Positions 9,307-20,464 of a stretch of 64,000 nt of DNA are shown piece after piece. Position numbers and translations under genes: made by a program. This DNA comes from an uncultured delta proteobacterium (GTDB lineage Bacteria; Desulfobacterota; BSN033; UBA1163). The notes under the pieces were generated by a model. That model had not been told where the DNA came from, made no database searches, and worked only from the letters and a program-made list of their open reading frames with translations. Location: the NCBI GenBank assembly GCA_963827685.1, contig CAWHBU010000002.1:448001-512000 (forward strand), read 5' to 3'. The number at the start of each line of letters is the position of its first letter. Position 1 is the stretch's first letter.

Positions 9307-9399
9307 CTGAGAAGCCTTTACAATCGCTTATGGAAACTTCATTGGAGCCCTAATTAATGATGAATTGCGAGATGAAAAAAATGCTCAAAGGAGTGCGAC

Positions 9400-11562
9400 A
9401 TGAATAAAGTACCCTATATTACAGAAACCGTGAAGACGGTTCCCTTGCCTTCGGAGCAGCAGCGGTCGCTGCGCCGGATGAAACGAAGAGCACTACTGGA
9501 GAAGAAGACAACGATAGCGGCATTGAAGCAGGCGTTCGTCATGCTGCGGCCCGACATCCAGTGGAAGAATCCTGTAATGTTTGTAGTAGAGGTGGGTGCC
9601 TTCCTGACTCTTTTGTTTATTGCTCAAGCGGCCTGGGGTAAGGAAGCGAGTCAAGTGCCGATTACGTATTTTATCGCGCTTGACGCATGGCTTTTCTTGA
9701 CTGTGTTGTTTGCGAACTTTGCCACTGCCCTTGCCGAGGCTCGCGGTAAAGCCCAGGCCGATTCCCTCAGGCGAGCCCGTCACGACACGGTGGCCTACCG
9801 TTTGAATGCTGCCGGAGCAATCGAGGAGGTTTCCTCGACGGTTTTGAAACCGGGCGATCGGGTAGTCGTACAGGCGGGACAAACGATTCCTGGAGATGGG
9901 GAGATCATGGAAGGGATCGCTTCCGTCGATGAGTCGGCGATTACCGGCGAGTCGGCGCCGGTCATTCGCGCCGCTGGCGGCGACCGATCCGGCGTGACCG
10001 GGGGCACCGTTGTACTTTCCGATCGGATCGTTGTTCAGATCACCAGCGGAGCAGGTGATTCGTTCCTCGACCGGATGATCGCGCTGGTGGAGGGGGCCAT
10101 CCGTCAGCGAAGTCCGAATGAGATTGCTCTGACGCTGTTATTGTCCGCCTTCACGCTGGTTTTCTTGATCGTGGTGATTCCGCTTTGGGCGATGGCCTGG
10201 AACGCCGAGCAATACATGATGGCTTACCTGGGCATTCAACAACCTTTGAGAAGCCTTGGCACCGATGTTCCGACCCTTATTGCGCTCTTAGTCTGCCTCA
10301 TTCCTACCACGATTGGCGCTTTGCTTGCCGCCATCGGAATTGCGGGCATGGATCGCGCTCTGCAGGCCAACATTATCGCCAAGAGCGGAAAGGCAGTGGA
10401 GTTGGCCGGCGACATAGACGTCGTGCTGCTCGATAAGACAGGGACGATCACGATAGGGAACCGGAACGCAACAACGTTCTTACCGATAGGAAATTATTCG
10501 GCTGCCGACGTTGGGCGGCTGGCTGCCCTGGCGTCCGCCGCCGATGAGACGCCCGAGGGAAAGAGCCTTGTTAGGTTGTTCGAGAAGCAAAGCCAAACCC
10601 CAGTCAGCGTGCCGCTTGACGCGCAGTTTGTGCCATTTACAGCCCAAACGCGAATGAGCGGCATCGATCTTCCTGACGGCCGGCGAATACGAAAAGGAGC
10701 ACCAGACGCCGTGATCAAATTCGTCGAGGACAACCATGGCAGCGTGCCGGGTGATCTCAGCGCGTTGGTTAATTCCGTCGCATCCAAAGGCGCAACCCCC
10801 CTGGTCGTCGCTGATGACGGCCACATTGCGGGCGTGGTCGTTCTTGAGGACATTTTGAAACCCCACATGCATGAGCGTTTCGAGCGGCTGAGGAGAATGG
10901 GGTTGCGGACCGTTATGATCACCGGAGATAATCCTCTAACGGCTGCAACCATCGCTGCACGGGCGGGGGTCGATGACTTTCTCGCTCAGGCCACGCCGGA
11001 GACCAAGCTCTCTTACATCCGCAAGGAGCAGGCTGGCGGGAAGCTTGTGGCCATGATGGGCGACGGCACGAACGACGCTCCGGCCCTGGCCCAGGCAGAC
11101 GTTGCTCTGGCCATGAACGCAGGCACCCAGGCAGCTAAAGAAGCGGCCAACATGGTCGATTTGGACAGTGACCCCACCAAGTTGATCGAAGTTGTGGAAG
11201 TCGGAAAGCAGCTCTTGATAACACGGGGCGCTCTGACGAGCTTCTCGATCGCCAATGATGTGGCCAAATACTTTGCGATCATCCCGGCGCTTTTTGCAGG
11301 GACTTTACCCTGGCTCAAGGCGATCGACATCATGCATCTCCATTCACCGACCTCGGCTATTTTGTCGGCTGTGATCTTCAACGCGCTCATTATTCCTGCG
11401 CTCATCCCGGTCGCGCTCAAGGGAGTCAAATACCGACCTCTCGGTGCCGATGCTCTATTGCGCAGGAACCTGCTCATCTGGGGACTGGGAGGCGTGATTC
11501 TACCCTTTATCGGCATCAAACTGATTGACCTCATCATGGTGGGTTTTCATTTGACTATTTGA
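9400..11562 (+). CDS. kdpB: K+-transporting P-type ATPase subunit B
   Basis: [27 protein letters not shown]. Confidence 0.98.
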   Translation: MNKVPYITETVKTVPLPSEQQRSLRRMKRRALLEKKTTIAALKQAFVMLRPDIQWKNPVMFVVEVGAFLTLLFIAQAAWGKEASQVPITYFIALDAWLFLTVLFANFATALAEARGKAQADSLRRARHDTVAYRLNAAGAIEEVSSTVLKPGDRVVVQAGQTIPGDGEIMEGIASVDESAITGESAPVIRAAGGDRSGVTGGTVVLSDRIVVQITSGAGDSFLDRMIALVEGAIRQRSPNEIALTLLLSAFTLVFLIVVIPLWAMAWNAEQYMMAYLGIQQPLRSLGTDVPTLIALLVCLIPTTIGALLAAIGIAGMDRALQANIIAKSGKAVELAGDIDVVLLDKTGTITIGNRNATTFLPIGNYSAADVGRLAALASAADETPEGKSLVRLFEKQSQTPVSVPLDAQFVPFTAQTRMSGIDLPDGRRIRKGAPDAVIKFVEDNHGSVPGDLSALVNSVASKGATPLVVADDGHIAGVVVLEDILKPHMHERFERLRRMGLRTVMITGDNPLTAATIAARAGVDDFLAQATPETKLSYIRKEQAGGKLVAMMGDGTNDAPALAQADVALAMNAGTQAAKEAANMVDLDSDPTKLIEVVEVGKQLLITRGALTSFSIANDVAKYFAIIPALFAGTLPWLKAIDIMHLHSPTSAILSAVIFNALIIPALIPVALKGVKYRPLGADALLRRNLLIWGLGGVILPFIGIKLIDLIMVGFHLTI

Positions 11563-11632
11563 TGTTTCAGTGGATCAAGCCTGCCTACTGGCCCCGGTCC
11601 TGACCGAGGGCGGGCAGGCAGGGAGGCATAAC

Positions 11633-12646
11633 ATGTGGCGATACTTTTCGAAGAGCATCTTTCTGTTGTTAGTGCTGGTGGTCATCTGCTGCGTCCTTTA
11701 CCCATTGGGTTTGTGGGTGGTCGGACAGGCCGTCTTTCCCTTTCAGGCCAACGGGAGCCTGCTGACAGGTCCTGACGGTAAACCGGTGGGATCACGACTC
11801 ATTGCGCAGCCGTTTACTAAGGACGAATACTTTCAGCCCCGCCCATCTGCTGCATCCTACGATGCGTCTGCTTCAGCCTCGTCATCTCTTGCGGCATCCA
11901 ATTACGCCCTGCGCGACCGGGTTGCCCGGACGCTAGGTCCGATTGTGAAATATCGAAGCGGTCCCAAAGCAGGACAACTCGTGGCACCGGACATCGAAAG
12001 TTGGTTCCAGAAGGATATGTTCCAGGGCAGCCCCCAGATCGTGGCTCAGTGGGCAGACCTGCACAACTCCCTGGCCCAGGCCTGGGTGAAGGCAGACCCC
12101 ACACACAGTGCGTTCGTCGATGATTGGGCGAAAAAACATCCCGCCTTAGTCGCTAAGTGGATTAAGGATAACCCGGACACCCCGCAGCCAAAAGCAGATG
12201 ATCTTGCCGTCATCTTCTTCGAGAACTTTTCCAAGGAGAACCCCGGGAAGTTTCCCTCCGCCGTTACTCGCAAAGGAGCTGATGGCAAGGACCGAACGGC
12301 GATTGAACCGGTCAAGGACGGCTCGGACATTCAATCGATCTTCTTTGATATGTGGCGACAGGATCATCCCGAGGCTGACCTCCAAGAGGTTCCCGGCGAT
12401 CTCGTCACTACTTCCGGCTCCGGACTCGATCCTCATATCACGCTTCAGAACGCCGAGTATCAACTCGATCGGGTTGCCTCCAAATGGGCTGCCAACTTGA
12501 AACGCGACCCGAATGTAGTCCGAAAAGAGATCGAGCAGATATTGCAGAAAAACGCCTCGGCGCCATGGTTCGGGCTGGCAGGTGAAAAGTTCATTAACGT
12601 GCTTGAAGTCAATCTCGAACTTCGCAAGCAGTACGGGACGCCATAG
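11633..12646 (+). CDS. kdpC: K+-transporting ATPase subunit C, long form
   Basis: FPFQANGS, YFQPRPSA, TTSGSGLDPHI; ATG at 11633 follows GGGAGG. Confidence 0.93.
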   Translation: MWRYFSKSIFLLLVLVVICCVLYPLGLWVVGQAVFPFQANGSLLTGPDGKPVGSRLIAQPFTKDEYFQPRPSAASYDASASASSSLAASNYALRDRVARTLGPIVKYRSGPKAGQLVAPDIESWFQKDMFQGSPQIVAQWADLHNSLAQAWVKADPTHSAFVDDWAKKHPALVAKWIKDNPDTPQPKADDLAVIFFENFSKENPGKFPSAVTRKGADGKDRTAIEPVKDGSDIQSIFFDMWRQDHPEADLQEVPGDLVTTSGSGLDPHITLQNAEYQLDRVASKWAANLKRDPNVVRKEIEQILQKNASAPWFGLAGEKFINVLEVNLELRKQYGTP

Positions 12647-12729
12647 CCATAGCTGGATTAGCGTTCTCTTTGCTCTGCTGTGGCGGTTCGCCGAGATATA
12701 GCCCTTAAGAAAGAGGAAGAAAAATCAAT

Positions 12730-14055
12730 ATGGACAGAAGGATAAAGAAGAGGTTATTAGGCTTGATTCTGGCGGTTCTGATGATGTTCCCATTTGTGAC
12801 GAACGCAAGCGGTGAAGAGGAATCAGCATCGACTTCAGACAAAGAAATCGAAGAGGTAAAGCCGATCGAAGAGGTAAAGCCGTCGGAGGCCCCGGCACCA
12901 TCGCCCGGGCTGTTGATGAGCACTTTGGGCAAGGCGGGACTGGCGCAACCTTTGGACAAGGCTGGGATCAACATCTACGGCTACATCGAAGGCGGTTACA
13001 TGCATGACTTCAGCGCGCCGAGTGCTCACAAGGTTCCAACCTTCATCGGATTTAACAGTTTCAAGAACACGGGTATCCTTGACAAGATCAGTTTGAACGT
13101 CGAGCGCACGGTCGATCCGACCAAGAAGAAGCTTGACTTTGGTTTCCACGTGGAAGGTATTTGGGGTACGGATGCCGCGTTCGTCCACTCGAATGGGATG
13201 GGTGATAGGCAGACGAGCCGATATCAAGGGGACCTTCTCCAAGCCTACGTGGACATGACCATCCCCGGCATGCCGGTGCGAATCCGCGCAGGCAAATGGA
13301 TTGAACTGGCGGGCTTCGAGCAATTCAGCGCCAACATCTACGGAGCCTTCGGCGATCCGTCCAGGGCACTCTATTCTTATAGCTACCAATTCCTCTATGC
13401 TGAGCCGAGCACGCAGACGGGCGTTCTGGTTACCTACGTGCTGAACCCCAAGTGGTCGGTTGACGCTGGCTTCACGCGTGGCTGGAACCAGTCCACCAGC
13501 GACGCCAACGGCGCCCTGGACTTTTTGGGCCGCATCACCTTTACGCCCAGTGACAAGACCTCCATCATTTTCGTTATGACGGAAGGCCCGGAGTTCCCGA
13601 CGGGCTTCGGACACAATCTGCCTAAGGGCGACGCCCACCACTGGTGGACCGCGTTGGACCTGGTTGCCACCCAGAAGATCACTGAAAAGTTGAGCCTCGG
13701 CTTGGGCATTGACTACGTCTATGCTCCGCAAATCCCCGGCTTACCAAGCGGTGCCAAGCAGTGGGGAGGCGTGGCAGGCTACGTCAGCTACGCGATCGAT
13801 CCGCACCTCACGCTCAACACCCGGCTGGAGTGGTATAGAGACTCCGCCAATGGCTTCTCCACCGGTGCGCCCGTCAGCGCCAATTATTACGAGGCCACGG
13901 TGGGCGTGGCCATCAAGCCTTTCCCGAACGACAAGATCCTCTCGAAGTGGTTGTTCAGACCGGAAGTTCGCTACGACCACTCTGACCACCCGCTCTTCAA
14001 CAGTGGCGACAAAAATCAGTTGACATTCAGCGTGGACACCCTCTTCACCTTTTAG
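12730..14055 (+). CDS. Outer-membrane beta-barrel (porin-like) protein
   Basis: Signal peptide, alternating beta-strand pattern, LQAYV and RPEVRYD motifs, C-terminal Phe. Confidence 0.8.
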   Translation: MDRRIKKRLLGLILAVLMMFPFVTNASGEEESASTSDKEIEEVKPIEEVKPSEAPAPSPGLLMSTLGKAGLAQPLDKAGINIYGYIEGGYMHDFSAPSAHKVPTFIGFNSFKNTGILDKISLNVERTVDPTKKKLDFGFHVEGIWGTDAAFVHSNGMGDRQTSRYQGDLLQAYVDMTIPGMPVRIRAGKWIELAGFEQFSANIYGAFGDPSRALYSYSYQFLYAEPSTQTGVLVTYVLNPKWSVDAGFTRGWNQSTSDANGALDFLGRITFTPSDKTSIIFVMTEGPEFPTGFGHNLPKGDAHHWWTALDLVATQKITEKLSLGLGIDYVYAPQIPGLPSGAKQWGGVAGYVSYAIDPHLTLNTRLEWYRDSANGFSTGAPVSANYYEATVGVAIKPFPNDKILSKWLFRPEVRYDHSDHPLFNSGDKNQLTFSVDTLFTF

Positions 14056-14135
14056 GATTGCCCTGGCGTTTCGCACCCGCCTGGGCGCGGCGGAGATGAG
14101 GGTATCAAAAACCTGTCTTGGGAGAGGTAGAAAAG

Positions 14136-14339
14136 ATGAAAAAGATTGAAGCCATTATTGACCCTTCTAAGATGCAAGAAGTAAAGAATGCTTTGACTAA
14201 GATCGGGATCCGGCGGATGACGATAAGCAAGGTCGATGAGTTTGGGAGCCAAGAAGCTCACAAAGAGTCTTTTTCAGATTCCGTACTTCTTGCGGTGACG
14301 CCAGAGAGTAGCCTTCGATACCAAGGATGCTGGCGGTGA
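14136..14339 (+). pseudogene. P-II (GlnB/GlnK-like) N-terminal fragment
   Basis: MKKIEAIIDPSKMQEVKNALTKIGIRRMTISKVDEFGSQ matches the P-II N-terminus; similarity is lost after about residue 46. Confidence 0.75.
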
Positions 14340-14679
14340 TTGTGAGACCGGAGTATAGGCACGACTGGTCTAACAAAGACGGCTTTGATTCACAACACAC
14401 GACATTCAGTAAGAAGAGTCAGGATAGCATTGCCATTGGCATAATGTATACATGGTAATTGGCCCGTATAAAACGATAGATCAGATTACGGATGCACAGC
14501 GACTTTACTGTCGCTGTGCAAAAAAAGGATTCCTCCGTTCTTTCCCTCGCATCAATCCCTACAACCAAATACTTCTCCGAATACCAAATCTCTCCCTTTA
14601 GTTGACGAAACTACTCAAGTCTTTTACGATTTAGCTCGTCAGGTGAAGTCATTGAGAACAGGGAGGGCGGTCCTAAAAG

Positions 14680-16731
14680 ATGGGGGTGAATGACAGTTTA
14701 AGCGATACTACAAGGCCAGATCCGGATGCCCTGTTAAAGGAAGTTCAACGTGAGGAAGCAAAAAGGGGAAGGCTAAAGATATTCCTGGGCTATGCGCCTG
14801 GCGTGGGAAAAACGTATACCATGCTCAATGAAGCGCATGTCTTGAAGAACCGGGGCGAAGATGTTGTGGTTGGCGTTGTGGAGACGCATGGCCGCTCTGA
14901 AACAGAGGCATTACTCAAAGATCTGGAAATGATTCCACGACGGCGTGTGGAATATCAAAATATTGTTCTCGAAGAATTGGATCTTGATGCCATCCTCACA
15001 CGACGTCCCGCGGTTGTTTTGGTAGATGAACTTGCCCACAGCAACGCTCCCGGTAGCCGACATCCGAAACGATACCAGGATGTCGAAGAATTGCTTGACA
15101 GCGGCATTGATGTTTACACAACGATGAACGTCCAGCACTTTGAAAGCCTCAACGATGTCGTCGAAAAAATCACGGGGATACGCATGCAAGAGACATTGCC
15201 CGATACTTTTCTGGATCGAGCAGACGAAGTTCAGGTCATCGATATCCCCCTGGAAGAACTCTTTGAGCGGCTGAAAGAAGGAAAAGTTTACATTCCCAAG
15301 CAGGCGGAACGGGCGATGCAGAACTTTTTCCAGCGAGGCAATCTCGTCGCCCTCCGGGAGCTGACGCTCACCCATGCCGCTCGCAAAATGGATACCGAAC
15401 TTTTGAACTATATGAGAGCGAAAGCGATTTCCGGCCCCTGGCCGGCGGGCGAAAGATTGATGGTCTGTATTGCCCCGAGTCCGTATGCAAAACAGCTTCT
15501 CCGCAAAGGGTATAGCATTGCCAAAGATGCCCATGCGGAATGGTATGCTGCATATGTCTCTACACCGGCCCTGAAAGAGATGTCGGATAAGGATAAGGCT
15601 TACATCGCTGAGGCATTGAATCTTGCAGAGGAATTGGGGGCAAAAATTGCAACCCTTTCTGGAACGGATGTGGCCAATGAAATCCTGCGCTTTGCCCGTG
15701 AATATAATATTAACCATATCGTGATCGGTAAGCCCCTTCACTCCATGTTATTGGGATTCTGGAAAGGCTCACCGGCATCCCGATTGCTGCACACTCCGAG
15801 TGAGTTTGAGCTGCATCTCATCACGCCAACGGTTGAAAAAAGAGAGATAGAGGTAAAACCAACACCTGAACGATTTGCACTCAATCCTAAAGACTACCTC
15901 CTCAGCATTCTTATGGTCGCCGGCGTTACCTTGTTGAACTTTTTTCTTCAGGAATTCATTAATCCCCTGTCACTCGTTTTCATCTACTTGATCGCAACGA
16001 TTGCCAGTGCTCTCCTTTTCGGTACAGGGCCTTCGCTTTTCTCATCGATCATCAGTTTACTCACCTTTGATTTCTTATTCATTGAACCAAAATACAGTTT
16101 CTCAATGTATCATCCTCACGATATTATTAATACTTTGGTTTTCTTTTTCACATCGATTATCGTTGGGCAACTTGTCAAAATAACGAAACGCCAAAATCTT
16201 CTTTTACAACTGCGCGTGAGGCGGGTCACCCTAATCGAAGAGATGAGCAAAGAGTTCTTAATGCTTCCTCCTGTTGAGCAATTTGTAGGGGGGCTTGTTC
16301 AGAATTCGAGCGAATGGGAAAATGTGTTGACACTATTTCGTACGACTGTTCTCGATCACATCAGTCATATTGCGATCAGGTATCTCTCAAAGATTATTGA
16401 TGCACCGTCCTTTGTGCTTTTCACCGGGAAAGATGGTAGGCTCCAGGTCTGGGCTCGAAGCGAAACCGACATTGACCTTACCTCCCATGAGATGGCCGTT
16501 GCAGAGTGGACCTACACACATGGTGAACCTGCAGGCGCGGGTACGCAAACACTTCCCAACATCAAAGCCTTTTTCATACCCATGAAATCGCTTGAAGAGA
16601 CCATCGGTGTCATCGGCATTCAGTACGATTTCAAAGATCTTCTGTTCGATCAACGGCGCCTTTTGGGAGTCATATCCAATCTCTCGGCTCTTGCCGCTGC
16701 GAGATGGGTTAAAACATGGAATGTTAAGTGA
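14680..16731 (+). CDS. kdpD: KdpD-like sensor (KdpD N-term, USP, 4-TM DUF4118-like, GAF) lacking the kinase domain
   Basis: GYAPGVGKTYTML, VDELAHSN, four TM helices, GAF motif AGAGTQTLP; no H-box or HATPase. Confidence 0.88.
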   Translation: MGVNDSLSDTTRPDPDALLKEVQREEAKRGRLKIFLGYAPGVGKTYTMLNEAHVLKNRGEDVVVGVVETHGRSETEALLKDLEMIPRRRVEYQNIVLEELDLDAILTRRPAVVLVDELAHSNAPGSRHPKRYQDVEELLDSGIDVYTTMNVQHFESLNDVVEKITGIRMQETLPDTFLDRADEVQVIDIPLEELFERLKEGKVYIPKQAERAMQNFFQRGNLVALRELTLTHAARKMDTELLNYMRAKAISGPWPAGERLMVCIAPSPYAKQLLRKGYSIAKDAHAEWYAAYVSTPALKEMSDKDKAYIAEALNLAEELGAKIATLSGTDVANEILRFAREYNINHIVIGKPLHSMLLGFWKGSPASRLLHTPSEFELHLITPTVEKREIEVKPTPERFALNPKDYLLSILMVAGVTLLNFFLQEFINPLSLVFIYLIATIASALLFGTGPSLFSSIISLLTFDFLFIEPKYSFSMYHPHDIINTLVFFFTSIIVGQLVKITKRQNLLLQLRVRRVTLIEEMSKEFLMLPPVEQFVGGLVQNSSEWENVLTLFRTTVLDHISHIAIRYLSKIIDAPSFVLFTGKDGRLQVWARSETDIDLTSHEMAVAEWTYTHGEPAGAGTQTLPNIKAFFIPMKSLEETIGVIGIQYDFKDLLFDQRRLLGVISNLSALAAARWVKTWNVK

Positions 16732-16893
16732 CTCATTACTTTCTTCTTTTCTAACCTCCTCAAGAACATTGCCCCTTGTCTATCTCTCCAAAAGATGAGA
16801 CTTTTTCGATTTTGAACAGAAGCGATCCATGACAGCAATAATATTTGATTTTTTAAAAAAATCCTGTAATATGATGAAATTAATCCGGCTTAA

Positions 16894-18201
16894 ATGGAGC
16901 AGATCATGACGACACAACAATGGATTGCTTTAGGAATTTTCGTTCTATCTTACGGGCTGATCATTTCGGAGAAGGTGAGCAGAACGATTGCCTCGATCTT
17001 CGGTGCCATTCTGGCTTTCCTGTTCATCTTAACACCTCAGGATCTGGTCCATTATGAAAACTGGGAAACCCTCCTCTTTGTCTTCGGTATGATGACGGTG
17101 ATTGAGACCATGAGCGAGTCGGGGTTCTTCCGATGGTTAGGTCTCCACAGCGCCCGATGGGTGAAGCTTGATCCCTTGAAGCTTTTCATCCTCTTCCCGT
17201 TTATCGCCGGGTTTCTCTCAGCCTTTGTGGACAGCATCACCGTGATGCTCTTCATGGCTACCTTAACGATCGAAGTGGGGAATATCATTGGGATCAATCC
17301 CCTTCCTCTTATCTTTTCAGAGATCTGCGCTTCGAATATTGGAGGGGCATCCACGATGGTGGGAGATCCTCCGAATGTGATCTTAGGGACCTACTTTGGG
17401 CTCTCCTTTATGGACTTTGTAAAGAATACCGGCCTCATTGCATGGATAGGTTTTGGAGTGAATACCCCCTTCTTCATCTGGTTTTATAAGAAGGAGATAT
17501 TTTCAGCACGAGAAAGGCTTCACGAAAACCCTCAATGGCTTCAACAGCAGGTTGATACCCTGAATCCGAAAGAGGCCATTAAAGACAGGTGGCTCTTTGC
17601 GGTGGGTTTAATTGCCTTTTTTTATGTTGTGATTGTCCTGGTCACTCATCATCTTACTCATTTTTCAGTCGCCACGTGTGCTCTGACCGGAGCATTGATT
17701 GCCATGCTTCTCGGGGGCCACAAAATGAGTAGGGTTCTACTGAATATTGATTACCCGACGATCATTTTCTTTGCAGGGCTATTTATCATCGTGGGTGCCA
17801 TGGAACATGTGGGTCTTCTTAAAATGGCAGCGGCAACGGTGAAAGAATTATCGGGAGGGAATTTCTTCATCGCCTTGTCGATCATCCTGTGGGTCAGCGC
17901 CTTTGGATCTTCAATTGTTGATAATGTCCCTTTTGCAGCTACGATGGCCCCTATCCTCAAGCATATGGGCGAGACCTTTGGTTTCTCCCTTCTCCCCTTG
18001 GTCTGGTCAACTTCTCTCGGGACCGATATTGGAGGAAATGGAACCCCCATCGGGGCTTCTGCCAATATAGTGGCCGTTGCAACCTACGAAAGAATGACCG
18101 ACAAGAAAATCGGTTGGGGGTATTATTGTAAGGCATGCTACCCTGCCATGATGGTGGTTGTGGCTGTCTGTAATCTTCTCCTCTATCTTTTCTATATTTG
18201 A
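16894..18201 (+). CDS. ArsB/NhaD (IT superfamily) ion transporter
   Basis: SAFVD, SNIGGASTMVGDPPN, SSIVDNVP, GGNGTPIGASAN. Confidence 0.88.
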   Translation: MEQIMTTQQWIALGIFVLSYGLIISEKVSRTIASIFGAILAFLFILTPQDLVHYENWETLLFVFGMMTVIETMSESGFFRWLGLHSARWVKLDPLKLFILFPFIAGFLSAFVDSITVMLFMATLTIEVGNIIGINPLPLIFSEICASNIGGASTMVGDPPNVILGTYFGLSFMDFVKNTGLIAWIGFGVNTPFFIWFYKKEIFSARERLHENPQWLQQQVDTLNPKEAIKDRWLFAVGLIAFFYVVIVLVTHHLTHFSVATCALTGALIAMLLGGHKMSRVLLNIDYPTIIFFAGLFIIVGAMEHVGLLKMAAATVKELSGGNFFIALSIILWVSAFGSSIVDNVPFAATMAPILKHMGETFGFSLLPLVWSTSLGTDIGGNGTPIGASANIVAVATYERMTDKKIGWGYYCKACYPAMMVVVAVCNLLLYLFYI

Positions 18202-18301
18202 TTTTTTGTTGTTGAGAGCGAAATCATCATTGGCTAAAATCAAATAGGGTGATGCGGGAGATAAAGTGAATCGTTGTTTTCGAAGTTTCCCCATCTCCTC
18301 A

Positions 18302-19012
18302 TCAGTTTTTTTTGCGGGTTTTCCCAGAAATGACCAAGGTGATTTCGCCCTTTAACTTCCGCTCACCAATCTGAGTTTGGATTTCACTTACTCTTCCCCT
18401 GAGAACCTCTTCGTAGATCTTTGTCAATTCACGGGTAAGAACCATTTCTCGATCCCCAAGGATCTCGAAGATGTCGTCCAACGTTTCTGAGAGGCGGTGC
18501 GGGGATTCGTAAAAGATAAGTGTTTCTCTGACACCTTCCAATTGCTTGAGCCAATCCCTTCTCTTTTTCGATTTGTGAGGAAGGAATCCCTTAAAAAGAA
18601 AGGCATCTGTTGGGAGTCCAGAGACGCTCAGAGCGGCAATCACTGCAGAGGCACCCGGGATGGACACAATAGGAATCTGGTTTTCAATGGCTATTTGAAT
18701 AAGTCGGAATCCCGGGTCAGAAATGCCGGGTGTACCAGCATCCGAGACCAGGGCAACTCGATGGTCCTGCTTCAATTTAGAGAGGATGAATTCCTTTTTT
18801 CTAAATTCATTTCCTTCAAAGTAGCTGGTGAGCGGGGTATGAATTCCAAAGTGCTTGAGGAGAAGGCTAGTATGTCGAGTGTCCTCGGCAGCGATCAGGT
18901 CCACCTCCTTTAAGATGCGGAGAGCCCTGAGGGTGATGTCCTCTCTGTTCCCGATGGGAGTGGAGACAATATAGAGCATGCCTTTCGTTGGGTTGAGAGA
19001 AGGAGACGTCAT
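18302..19012 (-). CDS. rsmI: 16S rRNA (cytidine1402-2'-O)-methyltransferase
   Basis: LYIVSTPIGNREDIT, AEDTR, SDAGTPGISDPG, YESPHR, RELTK. Confidence 0.96.
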   Translation of the reverse strand: MTSPSLNPTKGMLYIVSTPIGNREDITLRALRILKEVDLIAAEDTRHTSLLLKHFGIHTPLTSYFEGNEFRKKEFILSKLKQDHRVALVSDAGTPGISDPGFRLIQIAIENQIPIVSIPGASAVIAALSVSGLPTDAFLFKGFLPHKSKKRRDWLKQLEGVRETLIFYESPHRLSETLDDIFEILGDREMVLTRELTKIYEEVLRGRVSEIQTQIGERKLKGEITLVISGKTRKKN

Positions 19013-19359
19013 AATTCTCTAAAATCATTAACTATTTAAAAAAATATCATTTATTGATAAATTGATCAAGAGGGAAGAAACAAAAAAAGATTTCTGAAAA
19101 AATTCAGAAATGCTGCATTCAACAGTGAAGTGCAACACATGAGCCCAAAACTTCATTGGGCGTTCGATAATTGAGGCATTTTCGTGGCCTCGTATTAAGT
19201 AAAGTTTCGACGCGTTTGACTTGTTCTTTGGGAACCAGATTAAAATCCGCCTTCTTGGGGAAGAAGCGTCGGATCAGCCCGATGGCATTTTCGATAGAAG
19301 TCTTTTCCCAACTATGGAAGGGTTCACAGAAGTAGGATTGGGTTCCCAACACCTTGTTA

Positions 19360-20464
19360 TTGACTTTCGCATAAATAATGGAACGTTTTAACTTTTTCTG
19401 CTATAATATGGGGCATGAGACCCCATGGATCCCAAGAGGAACTGGAGAAGCGCCGTCGAGGCGCCATTTCGTTGTTGAAAGAAGGCAAGGCCAGTCTTTC
19501 GGCCATAGCGCGTTCGGTGGGGGCATCAAAAAGCTCAGTCTTCCGATGGTTTCAACAGTACCAAGAAGGCGGATCGGAGGCCCTTCGCTCGAAGGCCATT
19601 CCAGGACGTCCTCCGAAGCTGTCTCGAATCGAGAAAGAGAAGTTAGCGGAACTGCTTTTGGCGGGTCCTCTGGCCGCAGGATATCGGACCGATCTGTGGA
19701 CATTGAAGCGGATCGCTCAAACCATTCTGAAACACTTTCGTATCCGGTATCACCCCAATCATGTGTGGCGGTTGCTTCAGGGCATGGGATGGAGTTGTCA
19801 GAAACCAGAGCGTCGGGCGTTACAAAGGGACGACAAAGAGATCGTACATTGGAAGGTTCACCGGTGGCCGCATATAAAAAAACGCCAAAAGACTTGGGGC
19901 CCAGCTGGTCTTTCTTGATGAGTCTGGCTTCTTACTCATTCCAAACATTCGCCGCACCTGGGCTCCAAAAGGGAAAACCCCTGTCTTCTACCACCTGTAC
20001 AAACAGGATAGGATTTCCTCTATCAGTGCTTTGTCGGTCTCCCCGAAACGAAAGCGGTTGGCCCTTTATCTCCGATTTCGGGCATGGAACCTCACCGGTC
20101 TGGATGTTCGGTCTTTTCTTAAAGAACTGCTCCAACATATCAGGGGACCCATGTTCCTGTTGTGGGATCGAGCCACCATCCATCGGCGAAAGGAAGTTAA
20201 ACAGTTTCTTCTTCGGCACCCTAGAATTCATATGGAATACTTTCCGGCCTATGCTCCCGAGCTTAATCCGGCTGAGTATGTTTGGAACCAGACTGACCGT
20301 GCCTTGTCCAACAGTGTACCGGAAAGTCTAAATGATCTTAAGAAAATGCTTCGAAACTCGAGACGAAGACTCAGGCAATCACAGAAACTCCTCCGGTCAT
20401 GCATCTATGCTTCTGATCTCCCATGGACTAGAGAGTAGCGTTCCATTATTTATGCGAAACTCAA
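19360..20464 (+). mobile_element. IS630-family insertion sequence
   Basis: IRs TTGA(C/G)TTTCGCATAAATAATGGAACG at both ends; TA duplication at 19358-19359 and 20465-20466. Confidence 0.93.
19415..20438 (+). CDS. IS630 transposase in two frames joined at an A7 run (19876-19882)
   Basis: OrfA HTH (19415-19918); second frame LVFLDESGF, WDRATIH, PAYAPELNPAE. Confidence 0.88.

Noticed and set aside
12835-13731. 298-aa antisense ORF (and similar long shadow ORFs in kdpA/kdpB)
   Set aside because: By-product of GC-rich codon usage opposite well-supported genes.
14493-14526. 11-bp hairpin as an intrinsic terminator
   Set aside because: The A-run lies 3' of the stem on the plus strand, so neither strand has a U-tail after the hairpin.
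19378-20331. 317-aa ORF in the IS630
   Set aside because: Shadow frame; the transposase motifs lie in the other two frames.
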